This document shows positions 1-13,300 of a stretch of DNA of 64,000 nucleotides, one piece after another. The translations under genes were made by a program, and so were the position numbers. Below the pieces are notes generated by a model. The model made no database searches, was not told where the DNA came from, and saw only the letters and a list, made by a program, of their open reading frames with translations. The stretch comes from Marsupella aquatica (lineage: Eukaryota; Plantae; Marchantiophyta). The stretch lies in the NCBI GenBank assembly GCA_973895155.1, contig OZ316896.1:992001-1056000 (forward strand), written 5' to 3'. The first letter of the stretch is position 1. Each line of letters opens with the position of its first letter.

Positions 1-313
1 AGCTACAGGGAGACTGGACACTTGTTGGCGAGACATGTCGACAGATTAGGAGCACCCGAGTGGTTGGAGTGTTGGACAGACCCAGTCCACTACCTTCTAC
101 TACAAATTGAGAGACAACCTGCCTCATTGAGAGTTAGCTGAATGAACTCAATGACTGGCAATGGGAGTGGAAGGGTAGGAACGATGGTTGGACTTTCCCA
201 AACACAGTGTGAGTTAAGTATTGCAAGCCAACTACAATTGATGTTACAAAACTGAATCAGTGGTGGGAAGCACATAGGGGGGAATGGTCATTCCCTAAGA
301 TGAGGTTCTTTGT

Positions 314-622
314 GTGGTGCTTGCTGAAACATGGTTTTTTCACAAATGGTACTGCAAGCATTGGGGAGTTTGTGGACCGGAAGGTGCAAAGACCAGTTTG
401 AGCACACCAAAACACTTGTTCTTTAGCTCCAGCCAGGTCACCAAAAGATGGAAGGAGGTTCAAAGACTGGTGCAGCTATTGGGTTTGATGAAGATAATTA
501 CCACAAATATCACTTTTGTGATTCGAAAGCACAAGAGGAGACCTGGACCTACTGTTGCTGACAGAGATGCACTCCACTATTTGGAACTAGTGCAACAAGG
601 CCAGTTACTCTCATTTCATTAG
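314..622 (+). pseudogene. Degenerate non-LTR (LINE) ORF2 C-terminal zf-RVT-like remnant
   Basis: The translation ...HWGVCGPEGAKTSLSTPKHLFFSSSQVTKRW... resembles the CxxC...ETxxHLFFxC...W motif at plant LINE 3' ends. The cysteines are eroded. Confidence 0.35.
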
Positions 623-926
623 GAGATTACCTGGATGGGTTGTCTTGCACCAAACCAAAACACACTTGCATTGAGATCTATGCTGGATATTTGCCACTCT
701 GAAAAGAAGACTAATTACAGTTTCATTACAGTTTTATTATAGTTTAGACCCCCTCCGACACTTTTGCGTCAGATGTTCTTGCACAGGTTCTTATTTGTAT
801 GACATGAGACGGCCCCTTGACGTATATTATGTCATCCGAGACAGTGTACTAGCTTAAACACAACACCAAAAGATGTTATTTAACGTTGTTCCATTCAGCA
901 TTAACATGGCACTCCAGGGGTTGTCA

Positions 927-1410
927 CACTAGAAGAAGAGATATTCTGAGACTGCAATATGTGACTCCTTCTGGCTCATGTGACTTCATTGTGACAACTT
1001 GACGTGACCTAGGCTGTGACCCACAAAAGTTGAGACCAAAAAATAGAAGTCACAATCGTGACTCGCTTGATACCCATTTGTGACTGATTTGTGACTCCAT
1101 CATGGAGTCTACCTTGTTGATACATGACTATAATATGACTTTAAGTAGTCATATGGTAAGTCAATTCCATGACTTAGTCACCCTCAAAAGCGTTGCCAAC
1201 CTTGTTAAGAGTGACTAACTTGTGACATTTGAGTGTCACAAAATAGACCATGGGGAGACTCTGGTATGAGCTACACAACACAAACATTTGGGTGAGACAT
1301 AGTCATATTTATAACTAATAAGATTGAGATGGAATTTGTAGAAGTTGTAACCATGACTAATCCAAAAATTGGAAGGCAGCAATTGTGTAACAGTTCTTTG
1401 TTCTAGTAGT
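927..1410. mobile_element. Small non-autonomous CACTA (En/Spm)-like element
   Basis: Starts CACTAGAAGAA (927) and ends TTCTAGTAGT (1401-1410, terminal G missing). Flanked by a 3-bp TCA on both sides (924-926, 1411-1413). The interior is packed with TGTGACT/AGTCAC subterminal-type motifs in both orientations. Confidence 0.55.
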
Positions 1411-1899
1411 TCATACAAGAGGTAGTCAATTCATGAGCACTCCGCATTACAATACATCTAAACACTCTCATTCATCGTCATTTTAGAAGTATAACACATA
1501 GGAATAAAAGAAATAAACACATCATGAATGACATCCATATGAAACAAAGCAAGACATAAGCATATCCTTCATAAATCTCATTCATGAGAATTAAAGAGAA
1601 TCACAATACAGCTAAAGATGATGATCAATTCAATTATAATTGTATAATTTATAATGTCATCAATTTGATTCAGAAAAACAGGAACTTCTAAACTGATCAT
1701 TATTTGAAATAATTGAAGGCAAATGAATGATACTATCAATTATCAAATTAACCCACTTGCGGTCATGTACATGTTAACTCAGTTCCATAAGCTCTCATCT
1801 GTTTGTAGGTCAAAATTGGCACTCTAGGTGGCACAGTCCATCCGACTTAACATTGATCCAATACAAAATCTGGAGACATCTATGTAAACATGAAACTCC

Positions 1900-2400
1900 T
1901 TGTTCCAATCGGGAGTGGTTAGTATTGGGGCAGATGGGAGCCATTTTGTCAAATCTTCAAAGGCAATGACCCGTCAAGAAGTCATTTCTAGAATTGCATC
2001 ATTTTTCATCATTTGGTAAGGGGTAATGCTAACTTGGCAAAGTCTTGAATGAACCTCCGGTAGTAGTCTACACAACCTAGAAAGGATTGCACAACTTTTT
2101 GGTCAGTTGAGCACGGGACATTCATCCAGACCGCCATCTTTTCTTGATCTACCTTGATTCCTCTCTCAATGGCCTAATAAGACTCCTTTTGTGACTCCAA
2201 AAAAAACACTTTCTTGGACGCAGTTTCAAACCCACCTCTTTGCAGCTGTCAAAGGTATATCTTAGGTGCTCGGGATGTTGAGCAATTGTTCCAAAGATAG
2301 CAAAGTTGTCCTTGAATACTTTGAAATTCTTGTAGGAAGTCATGAAAAATGTTCATAATGATCTACAGGTTGGAACATTGTTGGGGTGTTGCATAAGCCG
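1900..2400 (-). pseudogene. Ty3/gypsy reverse transcriptase remnant
   Basis: ORF 2149-2343(-) reads FKDNFAIFGTIAQHPEHLRYTFDSCKEVGLKLRPRKCFF, a decayed (Y/F)xDD...HLxxxFxxCxxxGLKLxPxKCxF RT palm/thumb. Boundaries are approximate. Confidence 0.6.
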
Positions 2401-5400
2401 AGCTGGGGGTTTGAACAATGGGAGCAAACAAAAAAAAGCAAACAGGAAAACTGATTTTGCTAGCAAGGCCACCAAGATTGCTAACGACCTAAATCATCAC
2501 CTCCACTATGGGAACTACCTTGGTACATTTCCAGGTCAGAAAAACATGAATATGGACACAAGGGGGTAAGACTTCCGATCATTACAACAAATATTGATTC
2601 AATGGAGAAGGAGTCTTCATCTCGTCATCCCCAAGAATTGCATACGGATCATCTTCCTCATCACCCAATCCACCGTAACTTCCCTCTTCCTAAGAAGAAA
2701 ATCTGGGACACTCTCCACAATAGGCTTCCTGTCCAGGACTTTTTTCAGCAACTGTTCAGCGGAATCGCCAAATTTGTCCCGATCGTCAAAACCGGTGACA
2801 AACCTCCCAGAATATTCTCTCACAAAAAAACTGCAATTTTCCTCAACAATCCAATCAAAAACAATACTTGAAGGGCAAGTGAGCAGCTCAATCACCAATC
2901 TACATGAACCCAATGGAGACCCGGGGGGAACCCACAAATCCCATATCTGGATCCCTCACACACCTAGGAATCATGAGACTGATAAGAGTCAACGACAACA
3001 GATCCTCTAAACTTGAAACTTATCATATTTTGGTGTAACCCCTTTCCACCAGTCTTGCAAAAGATGTCCAAAACAACATTGGAAACCTGTTTTCATGCCA
3101 AGAATACAAATCATTAGTACATTAAGCATGTGAGGCATGTCACTTTTTCACAAAAGATTGATAGTGAAGTTCACTGTCAATATATAATGAAGGCTCAAGA
3201 CTTATTGTGATATCTGAGGTTCCATTGAATGAAGGAGTCACAGTCCGTGGGGCTGCAGGAGGGGGAGGACAAGGATGAGGATGAGGATGAGGAGGAGCCA
3301 GATGTGGAGGAGCATCCAACACCACCTCTTGTGTCCCATCCAGACCGTCCCAAGAGGGACAAGGGGAAGAGACCGGCGACAAGGAGTAGAGGACCCTATT
3401 CTAGAGCTTGTTGGTCTAGTGTAGACTTACATATTTTTGATATGGGTATTCTTATAGGGACCTAGCTTGTCCCAATATTTTCATATGACACCCATCTAGT
3501 TTTTGTGTACCTAGGGATTTTCTATAAAGAACTATTTATTCAGACCTCATCTCAGTGTTGCACAACAAGACCCCAACCATAATTCAAAACTCTAAGTCTA
3601 GACCCTAGCCTCAAGTCACCGTGCAAAACCTATGCAAAAGAAAAAAAATACATATTTATAATTCTCTTAGTATCACAAATTACTATGCTAAACAAATGGT
3701 TTCACAACAATGCAAACCATTTCTCAGGATTATTACCATTCATTTAGTATTGCAACCTACTTTGCCAAATGTGTAGAATTTCAAATATGAAACTTGTTTT
3801 ATTTATTAGGGTCTCACTTCTGCCATGACGCCCGCAAAGCTGCACAAACACAAGAAATTTGCGATTTGATTCGTGTTGAAACTGTTTGCCTTTGCATTTT
3901 GCGATAGGGTTGCAATTCATGCGTGTAACTTTGCAATGGCAGCATTTTATTTTTAGTTCCTTTGTTGTTTGCGACGCTTTCAACTTTGCAAAATGTGTAC
4001 ATGTAGTGTTGTAGTGATTAATGTGTTTTTGATACCTTATTTGTTCATAAGTACTAAATGATAGAAAATCATTCTCTACTTGTTCGTCCATGGGAACAAA
4101 TACCAAGTTTTGGACCTTAAATGCTTATTTATGTTCCTAGTGTCAGTAATAGTACAAGGCCACCTCCAGCATTGACCCAAGGGTGAATCAAACCAATGCT
4201 GTTTGCACGCAATAACATGGATCAGCCGTTCATATTCCTTCTCGAGCGGCTTCCCACCGTCACGGGTTGTGTTTGGCAAAAGACGTTGCAATCTGGTATC
4301 CTACAGAGAGGAAGGCATTCCAGAAGTAGACGGTAGTGCTAGACATTATTGTCACCGACATGGGGAGCACTTTGTCCGAAGCGGCTGAGGCACTAAGTGT
4401 GGAGCCTAATCTTGCAATAACCTGATGGAGATAGTGTGGATACTGGTAAGTGCAAGCTGGAAGGGGAGTAGTGAGCTCAAAGCTTGCACAACTGACCAAA
4501 GAAGTGAGGGAGTATAGGGCAGAGTTTGCCCCTTATACACCCTTTGGTCCAAGCATTGAGTGCACTCGGGCATAAGTAGTGCGCCACTTCCTTGGGTTTG
4601 AGTCCAAGCGGGACTGAGATCCAATTTGGAGTAAGTTACACGGACCCAACGCTAACAACCATGATGTACCCCTAATCATGTTGTACTTCGGGTGTTGCAC
4701 TGCCAGCCCTGGCGTTAACTCCTAACTAACCTATGACTAAGTAGCCTAATCATCATTAGTAACTAACCTGTTGTCTTTATGCTAATAATTACATACTACT
4801 ATGGCTACTTCAGGCATACATTATATGGACAAGGCCTTATTAATACCGTTTACGTGATGCGCCGTCAATGTCACATGAAACATGGGAGGGGAGACCACAA
4901 TGGCAGATGTCGGTTCTCTCGAACAATCTACCTATGCGCGCAATTGCGCTATGAAGTACAGAGAGATGTGCGGGTTGCTAGCTCTAGGCAACTTTGGAGC
5001 GGAGTTAGAGTTGGGGCCTGTATCCAAAAGGAAGTCTCAAATAGGAGCCGATTGGGGGAAGTGCTGGCCTTGAAGCGAATGAAGAAGGAAGAGCTCCTTG
5101 GTTGGCTCAGGAGGAAGGAGGCGTGGAAACTGAAGCAGCCAAGCAGGCTCAAGACGAGCTGCTCATTAAGAGGCACGAGCTGAGCATCATTGTCCATCAG
5201 CTAGAGACCTCCAAGGAGGATAACCAGCATATCAAGAATAAGCTTGCCAAGACATAGCTACAGTTGGCGATGCCCAGAAGAAGATAAGGACTTCAATAAC
5301 TCACAGATTTCAGTCAGGCTCAATTGGCCATCTACAACAAGGCCATGGTAGAAGAAGGGAAGGCTGAGAAGGTAATGCGAGTGCAGCTCGATGACCTCCG

Positions 5401-8400
5401 ACGAGAACATCAACAAAGGAGTGATGAGTACAATGCCCAGACAAAGGCCACCATTCATAAGTTGAAGGCCAATATCACAGCGCTGAACGCCAGGTTCCAA
5501 GCCAAATTATGAACTAATCTATACATATAATATGTCAGCGCATCATAATTGTTTGTGGTGGGCTGTTTAAAGACCCAACAAAAAGCACTGGTTAAATAGT
5601 ACGCTTGGCCCATATTTAATATTGTCAGTCACCTTCACAATAAGGCTACTTGAAGGGGTTATGCATGTCTCATAAATGCAAAGATAAAGGTACAATGACA
5701 AACTCATCAGTAGACAAATGATCTATCCAAATATGGTGGCGTAACATAGCTGAGTTCATTGACACATATTTGGAAACAAGATAATTTTACTTTCACAAGC
5801 AATAATAATCACTTTGCGCGGGGCAAGTGGCATAAATTCCACATGCGTTACAATTCTCGTACGCCTTACCTGTCAAACATGGATTACAATTTTTGTACGT
5901 GAATTTTTTATGCACTTAGCCTTGTTACACAGTGCTGACCTGTCCATTGATTACAGACTAAATCAGGTTAGACATTGATGACCATTGATCAAACACTATC
6001 AATGGTTCTAAGTAAATTATTGTCATATTTATTGACGCATGTATTATCTAAGTTTTTATTAGAATTTGGTCCTAAAAATGTGTATCATTTGTGCATATAA
6101 ATGGATGATATTCTTCACGCTAGTCACATGTGCGTTCTCAACCATCACACGAGTGATAACCCATGTTGCAATATCTACACCATCGATAAATAAAATCTAA
6201 CAAACATGAATTGTCCGGTGATAAATTATTTATAAATTTGCAAAGAGTCTCTTACTGGGCCCTTCAAGAATTGAGTGAAAAAACCAAAGAATGGGCCAAT
6301 TCGGGGTTTGATTCCCTGCTGGCGCACATCAAGTCTTTTGATGGGCAGGAGATCCACTAAGTGTAATATATCTCTCAATTTTTATTTATTTTTGCCTCGA
6401 AAGAACCAAATGAATTCCATTCAAATAGCCAACTACAAAAAGGGGGGCCCACAAAGGCACCAACCCAAGGGACCGAAGGTTAGCGTGCAAAAACCGGTGG
6501 GGCCGGGACCAGGGAGAAAGCTGAGCCCATAAGGGGCAACTAAACAAGTAATTTAGGAACTACAGTCGGAGCAGCACACTCCTAAAGACCGACCAGTGAC
6601 CATGTTCCGGCAAGGTTCCTGCCAGTGGATCCGTGCGGGAGCAAAGCTCCAAATAGTCAGTCTGCAGTGCAACTTCCTAACCTGAACAACCAAAGTGACT
6701 CATGGTGGTCGTGGAGGTACTGGTGGGACTTGAAGGGACTCCTCATGGAGTTCCCAAAGGCCAGCCCAGGTGCCATAGTGAAACGCCATCTCGTTGTGCG
6801 CCTCCCTTGAAGTGATCTTTCCAGCCTGGATACGAACTTTAATCCGGCCCCAATCACAACGTAGGTAGATTCCGAGTCGATGCCAAGATTTTCTGATAAC
6901 TCCTTGTGGGTGGGGTCGGGTGTGTTCAATGAAGTGGGTACTTCTGTCCTTCCACAAGTTCCATCAGATAATAGCCCTTAACGTATGCCACAACTTCATG
7001 GGGACGTCCCAATGCTCCTGTAGGGGCTCCTTGACGAAAATGTGGACTGGCTGTAGGTGAATAAGATTTCCCCTAGAACAGGCACATAGCTGTAGCACAA
7101 AATGTTCCCACCTCCAGACTATCTGCAACTGATTGTAGCTCCAAATGTAGTGAACGATATCTTCCTATTAGTTAGTGCCACACCGGGTGCACCAGGTGGC
7201 CGGATCGGTTGATGGTAGTCTCGGGAACCTCCAGTGCTGTGTTGCAGGTATCCTGTAAATTAGTTGCCACAAGTAGCAGTTCTCGCTAGTAGCTCAGAAA
7301 GGTAGCCATGAATCAGCCCAGAGCGTCCGTGGGTGGGGCTGCCAATTCAATCTGATGGCCCATTTGTGAATCGCTTTGTGGAGGGTTCCACTGAGTGGCG
7401 CCTGAATTTAACATAAGTGGGCGGTGTTAGTTTGCGGTGTTAGTTTCCATAAAGGAGAGTCCTTCCTTCCATTTGTGCTCCAAGAGAGGTGCCAACAATC
7501 CACTCTCTTTTCTTTTTGGGTGCGACTTGTTCTTGAATTTTTCGCTTCATTTTTTAATCTCTCACGGTTTGTCTTCTACCTCATTAAATTTGTCCAGGAT
7601 TTCTTTAATGCGGATGATTCCTGCCACAAGTGATATTTCGTCAGCAATGTTTGAACTTTGACTGGTGTAAATCGAGAGAATGATCATTGTGTAACATTGA
7701 GGTTTGATTGTACAGATTTGTTCAAAGAAGGGCAGTCCGGCATAAGGGCCCATCTACAGAATACTTGTCACCCGCTTCGATCTGCTTTGAGGGTCGCGCT
7801 CATAATGACGGATGCATGTGCGCGGAACAGCAGTGCCAGAGTCGACAGTGGTACTGTTCTCGATTCTGGCACTCCTCTCCAATTAATGCACCTCCTCTTG
7901 CGCGAAAGACGAACTAAATGCCGGAGTGGACGAGTCGTCGTCTTTCAGGTGATTGGAGAGAGCCTAGCTTGAGAGTTTCGGTAGCTTGAGAGTTTCGCCC
8001 GAAGCCTACCGTCGGACAAACTCTGTTGAGTGGAAAGCGGAGGAGAGCAATGAGCAGAGGCCACTGACCAGAGTGTCAGTGACTACAAACCACTACTGAC
8101 CAGAGCTCCCTGTCAGCAAAGCCAGCCACCACATCTGCGGTAAAAGATATGCGACAGTCTTCTTACCAGAGGAACGGATACATGACGAATTCGTGATGGG
8201 ACTAGGGATGGACGAGATTACAAAAGTTGGCTAACTCAATGCTCTGAATTCTGATGAACAATTCTGATCTCCGCAGCTTCTTGGATATCGTGCCATAGAA
8301 AAGTGTGGGTGTGAAGTCCAGCGTGGATAAGTGCAGGCCAGTCATGTGATGTAATCCCTCATAATATTACACTGCTTTTGTCTATATAAATAAATACAGT

Positions 8401-10057
8401 TAAGAAGGCAGTTTTCATAAGTGCATCTTTACTTTCACTGAACGACAAATATATAAGTGCATTTGGCGTGTATAAGGAATTAGAGTACGAGGACTACAGA
8501 GTGTGGCCTCCGACAGCCGGTTCACTATTACATCCCAAGTCCATGCAATGCCGAACCCCAAACTCCAAAATTGAGAGGGCATAACATTGAGTCAGGAGAT
8601 TGGGCTTTGGGTGGTGGTGGTCTCTCCATATTTTCTTTCTCTAGAATTGCTCCAGTCCATGTATTGGAGTTCTGTACCAGATACTCCAGATTGGAGTTCT
8701 GTCCCAGATGTGTCACTTCTTACCCTTCTTGGGTAGTGCAGACACTGGATGAGTGCAGGTTTGAGACGATTGCAAGGAGTTTGCACTTAGCCATTTGGGG
8801 AGGTGGGTTGGGGTCTGGGTAACTCCACATCAAAATAAGACATTTATGGTGGTGTATAAGATCACTCCCTACCATGATAAACCTTCTTTTTAAATGAATG
8901 GGCACCTTATATTACTTCATTTATTTTTGATGTGTGATTACAGGCGAGGGATTTACAGGGGTGGGATGATCAAGGAGTGCATCCAACGAGATTGGACTAA
9001 AGATTTACAAGAGGAGAGTCTGGCGAGTTGTGTTGAGATGCCGTGGACCCATCCTTTCCGCTTCCCAGAGTGCTTCATTATTTATTCAGTCATTTAAAGT
9101 CTGCTGCCAGTGTGAGCGAGTGAGGAAGCATTTTCTACCGAATTGCAGAGTGAGCTCTTCCGAGCCAGAGAAAGCCTGCTAAGCTACGAGGAAGCATTTT
9201 GCAGATTGACAGGGAGCGAGCCAGAGAGAGTGAACCACCTACTGTAGCATATTTCTAGACCACCAGCTAAGAAACAAGAGTAAGCGACGAGGAAGCATTT
9301 CCGACCGTGTTGCAGCGTGAGCTCTACAGAGCCAGAGAAAGCCTGCTGCTGTACGAGGACGTATTTTGCAGATCGATAGACAGCGAGAAAGCTGTGAGGA
9401 TTCCTCGAGACTACTCTAGCATTTTTCTAGACCACCAGCTAAGAGATAAGAACGGTACCATATTCATGTCAGTGAGAGAATTGAGCTAGTTGGACTAAGA
9501 TTTGCGAGCCGCCTACGGAGAGAGAGCGAGATTCTCGATGCAATGAGGAGCATTTGAGAGGTAGGAGAGAGAGAAAGGAGTATTATCGCAAAGTACCGGA
9601 GCGCTGAGCAAAGGTCAACTAGTTCGGAAGGGAGTCCGAGAAAGAGACACAGAGAGAGCTGGATTGCTTTGAAGCAACATCGAGAGACAGTTTGACTCTC
9701 GAATCGATTGATCATTACTTGGTTATGCTTTTTGGCTGATTAATCATGAGATCCTAGAACGAATGTCACGTACAGGGAAAAAAGAACGCGAGCTGGCGGT
9801 GCACTTCTCATATTGAACAGGGGCGTGGATCGGAAGTTCGGAGAGCAAGTTTTAGATTTCTGCAAGGTCAAAGTGGGGTTCGTGGTACCCATGTGATATA
9901 AGGCATCTGCTGTGAACTGGAGCCCCTTACATTTTGGCATGTTGGGAGTACTCCACAAGAGTCCCATGTGACTGATATGGAAAGCCCTTGATGGAACGGC
10001 AGTCTTTCCAGGAAACAGACAGACCACAGCTAGAACAGGAAAGAAACGCTGCGTGCA

Positions 10058-10124
10058 AGAGGTCCAGAGAGGTCCAGAGAGAGAGGTCCAGAGGTCCAGA
10101 GGTCGAGGTCGAGGTCGAGAGAGA
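10058..10124 (+). repeat. Short tandem GAGGTCCAGA / GAGGTC repeats in the 5' leader region of the remorin gene
   Basis: Directly visible: agaggtccagagaggtccagagagagaggtccagaggtccagaggtcgaggtcgaggtcgagagag. Confidence 0.8.
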
Positions 10125-10301
10125 GTTGTACTAAACCTTCGGAAGGGAAGGAACGACGCGCGCGCAGGGCTGAAGGATTAAGGAAGGTCATGGAGTCCAG
10201 GGTCTGGGATCAGATGTTGTAGTCCTGCAGAGGCGAAGGCGGGAGGGAGGAAGCTGATGATAAGGAAGAGAGAAGTCGAGTGGAAGTGAACTCTGTCTCC
10301 T

Positions 10302-13300
10302 ATGATCTCCCAGGAGGAAATTGGGTTTAAGTCTTCGCAAGAGTCGAGATTTTCTCCTCCCAAGCAGAGGGCCAGCAGCGTCCAAGCTGTAGGCACTGCT
10401 CCAGGGGGCCTAATTTATGACCCTGCTTCGGGGAGCTTGCGTTATCCAAGGTTCACTCAATTGCCAGCAGGCCTGAAGAACGAGAAGCAAGGGAGCAATG
10501 TGGCGTTTTCAATTCATGCCAGTGGTGGTGGTGGCGTTGTCGAGAAAAGTAATAGCTGCAAAATAGTAGGAGAGAAGCACAACGGATTGCTGCATGGAGG
10601 TCCCTTCGACCATCAAAGTGCTGGTACTGTAGAGATCAACAAACTTCTCTTCGAAATTCTATAGTCTTAAAACAATGAATCTGTCACTGTCAGTGCACGG
10701 TCCTGACCCTGCGACGTTTCTTTGCATGGCTATGCATTATTTCTGTTCAAGCTCCAGCGTTCTGCCACTGTCGATGTCGGTCAGCTTGTGGTACGAGATT
10801 TCGTGTATGGCTTTGCATTTATATCAGTCGAGGTCGAGAAAGCTCATTCAGCGCGGCCAGTTGACAACCTTCCAGTCGTAGTTTCATTGATGTCTATGAT
10901 TGGGCTCCTCCTAAGTCACCAGCAATGTGTGATTGGCAATGTCTCTAACATGGCAAGTCTCAATTGCAGAATCAAGTCCGAGGTGTGTAATCGGCAATTC
11001 GATTTTGGATAGCAGCTCGTCTACCAGCCCCTCGGGATCAAAGTCTATGAGTGAGATGGACGATTACTCCGATGTAAAGCAACTAATCGCCCACAACCGA
11101 AGTTCTTCTCCATCCGACGCCGATGACGACCCGTTCTACAGTTCCTCAAATATTCAAAAGGTGGTGTCTATCATGCTGCCCTTCTGGATGTTCTGCTGCT
11201 CATTTCAGCTCTCAATAACCTGCAATTCCTTCACTCCACTATGATTCTATATGTCTTCCGATCCCGGTAAGGTGTACCGCACGAGTCTACTCTGTCTGCT
11301 CTCTTTTACAGCGTGTCCTGATTACCTTTTCTGACAGAGGTAAGTCGTTTTGCAGGGTTTGCCTGCGCCCAGCTTTCGACCTTCAGACTCTACTCGTGAC
11401 TCTGTACGGCAGAAGAATCTCAAAGGTAGAGTGCCCCGACATACATTGCACTCATATCGCTCATATTCATGCCGGATGCCTGTATGTTGGTTCTTACACG
11501 AAAAATTGCGCACTTCACGGCAATATTTTTCTCTGTGGCTTCTGGACTCGATTGGAAACGAGTAGAAATGAAAAGTTTAATGTCTGAGCATTACCTTCTT
11601 CGTCATTAAGCATGGCAGTCCGAGGATGACAAGAATGGCTCTCAGATTATGTTGGTATGTGTTTTGTTCATCGTTTTGGCGAATACAGAGATTGTAGATG
11701 TGGGGCAGAAAATTTACCTACTTAATGGTAACCACCACACACGAAGCATCTCAACGTCATCAGTGCCAGGGGTGGACTCGTTTCAGAAATTTGTTAGCAG
11801 AGATCAAGGCGCATTGCAGCATGATGCTTTGGAACTGGAATCGATCCAGGATAACAATGCAGGGTCCACAGATGCAATTCTTCCAGGCCGTTCTTCTATT
11901 GACAACGCTATGATGGATTCTAGAGGCGGGCTAGTTGGTCCCAATGCGAAATCGAGAGGTCAATTACCACTCTGTCGACGGTGTTCTCCGTTTGGATACT
12001 GTCTTATTTTGAAATATTTCGTTAAGCTGCTCTGTTGAACAATCATAATTGATGTTCAAAAGTGTTGCGCACTGCAGGTGGAAGTGGTCTACGTAGCTCT
12101 CAATCCCACGAGCTCTTACGAGTAAAGGACAACGGATGGGGAGGTGAAAACAGAGAGGGGAACCACATTCATGCCGCAGCTACAATGAAAAATTCCTCTC
12201 TGGATCCCATTCTGGAAAGTCTCATGAAAGCGTCGATCATGAAAGACGGTGCCCAATTCAGGTATCAGCAGAACCAGATTGCGGAGAAGATCGAAGAGAT
12301 GAAGAGGAAGAACGCAATGAAGGCATCCTTACAGAGTAGTAGCTTTTCACATGGTGGGACTGGGGCATTCTCGTTCAACCAAACTCACATAGCTCGAGTG
12401 AGCGATGCAGATTTACTAGACTTTGAAAACAATTACGATACTATTAGCAATTCTAGTTTCGACTTTAATAGGGGAGGTGATATTAAAGGTGTGCACAGAA
12501 CGGTGTTGACGAACTTTGCCAAGCCCGCCCCATCGAAATGGGACGACGCAGAAAAATGGCTATCCAGTGAACCACCAGCGAAAGCGAAGAGTGGGGCTAT
12601 GGCACCAGGACCGCTGGCCCTCTCAAAGAAGGCAGCTTTCTTGAATCAAGCAGGGCGACTCATTCCTAATATTAGCAACCTTGCGAAGCTCGCGACACCG
12701 ACCAACTCCGGTTCAGAGGCCTCATCGTCGGTGGGTGATGTGGCAATGGCGAGTAACAACGCTGGAGAGGAGGTCACCAAGTCCGACGAGGACCGCTTGA
12801 AAGGTGAGCGGACGAAGAAAATTGACCCCAGCGCAAAATTTGTCACGAATAACGACGAGGCAGCAGGTCCAGTTGGTGCGTCGAGGTTTGTGTTCTTGCC
12901 AGCAGCCACAGCTGCACCTCCCGGATCTCAGCAGACGGGGACGAATACTGCTGGCTCGTTGGATCGGTATCCTCTGGACGACCTCTTCGGGCGTGACAAG
13001 GGGGATGCCAAGGATGGAAGCACTTCTCCCGATCCTTCTGAACTGAATCTGCTGGATCCTGCTCTCCGCACGGAGAAACCTACTTCTGACTCGCCTCCCA
13101 AAGGTGACTGGCTAGGATTGTGAGCATTGGAGCATTGTGATCTTTTACTCATTCGTTTCGAGTGATGCCCCTGTGCTGCAAGGAATGAACTATGACGGCT
13201 AGATCTTGCTAATGGACTGAATTCGATTACAGTATCATTGATTGAAATATCATCGCTGATCTGGCTGTTCATCCGTCTTACCGTGGTGGGTGTCCACCAT

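Noticed and set aside
746-792. ~45-bp match to 17414-17460
   Set aside because: A small dispersed-repeat fragment with no definable element boundaries.
4779-5512. Coiled-coil-like ORF fragments
   Set aside because: Broken by stops and frameshifts with no diagnostic domain; likely a decayed TE accessory ORF that cannot be assigned.
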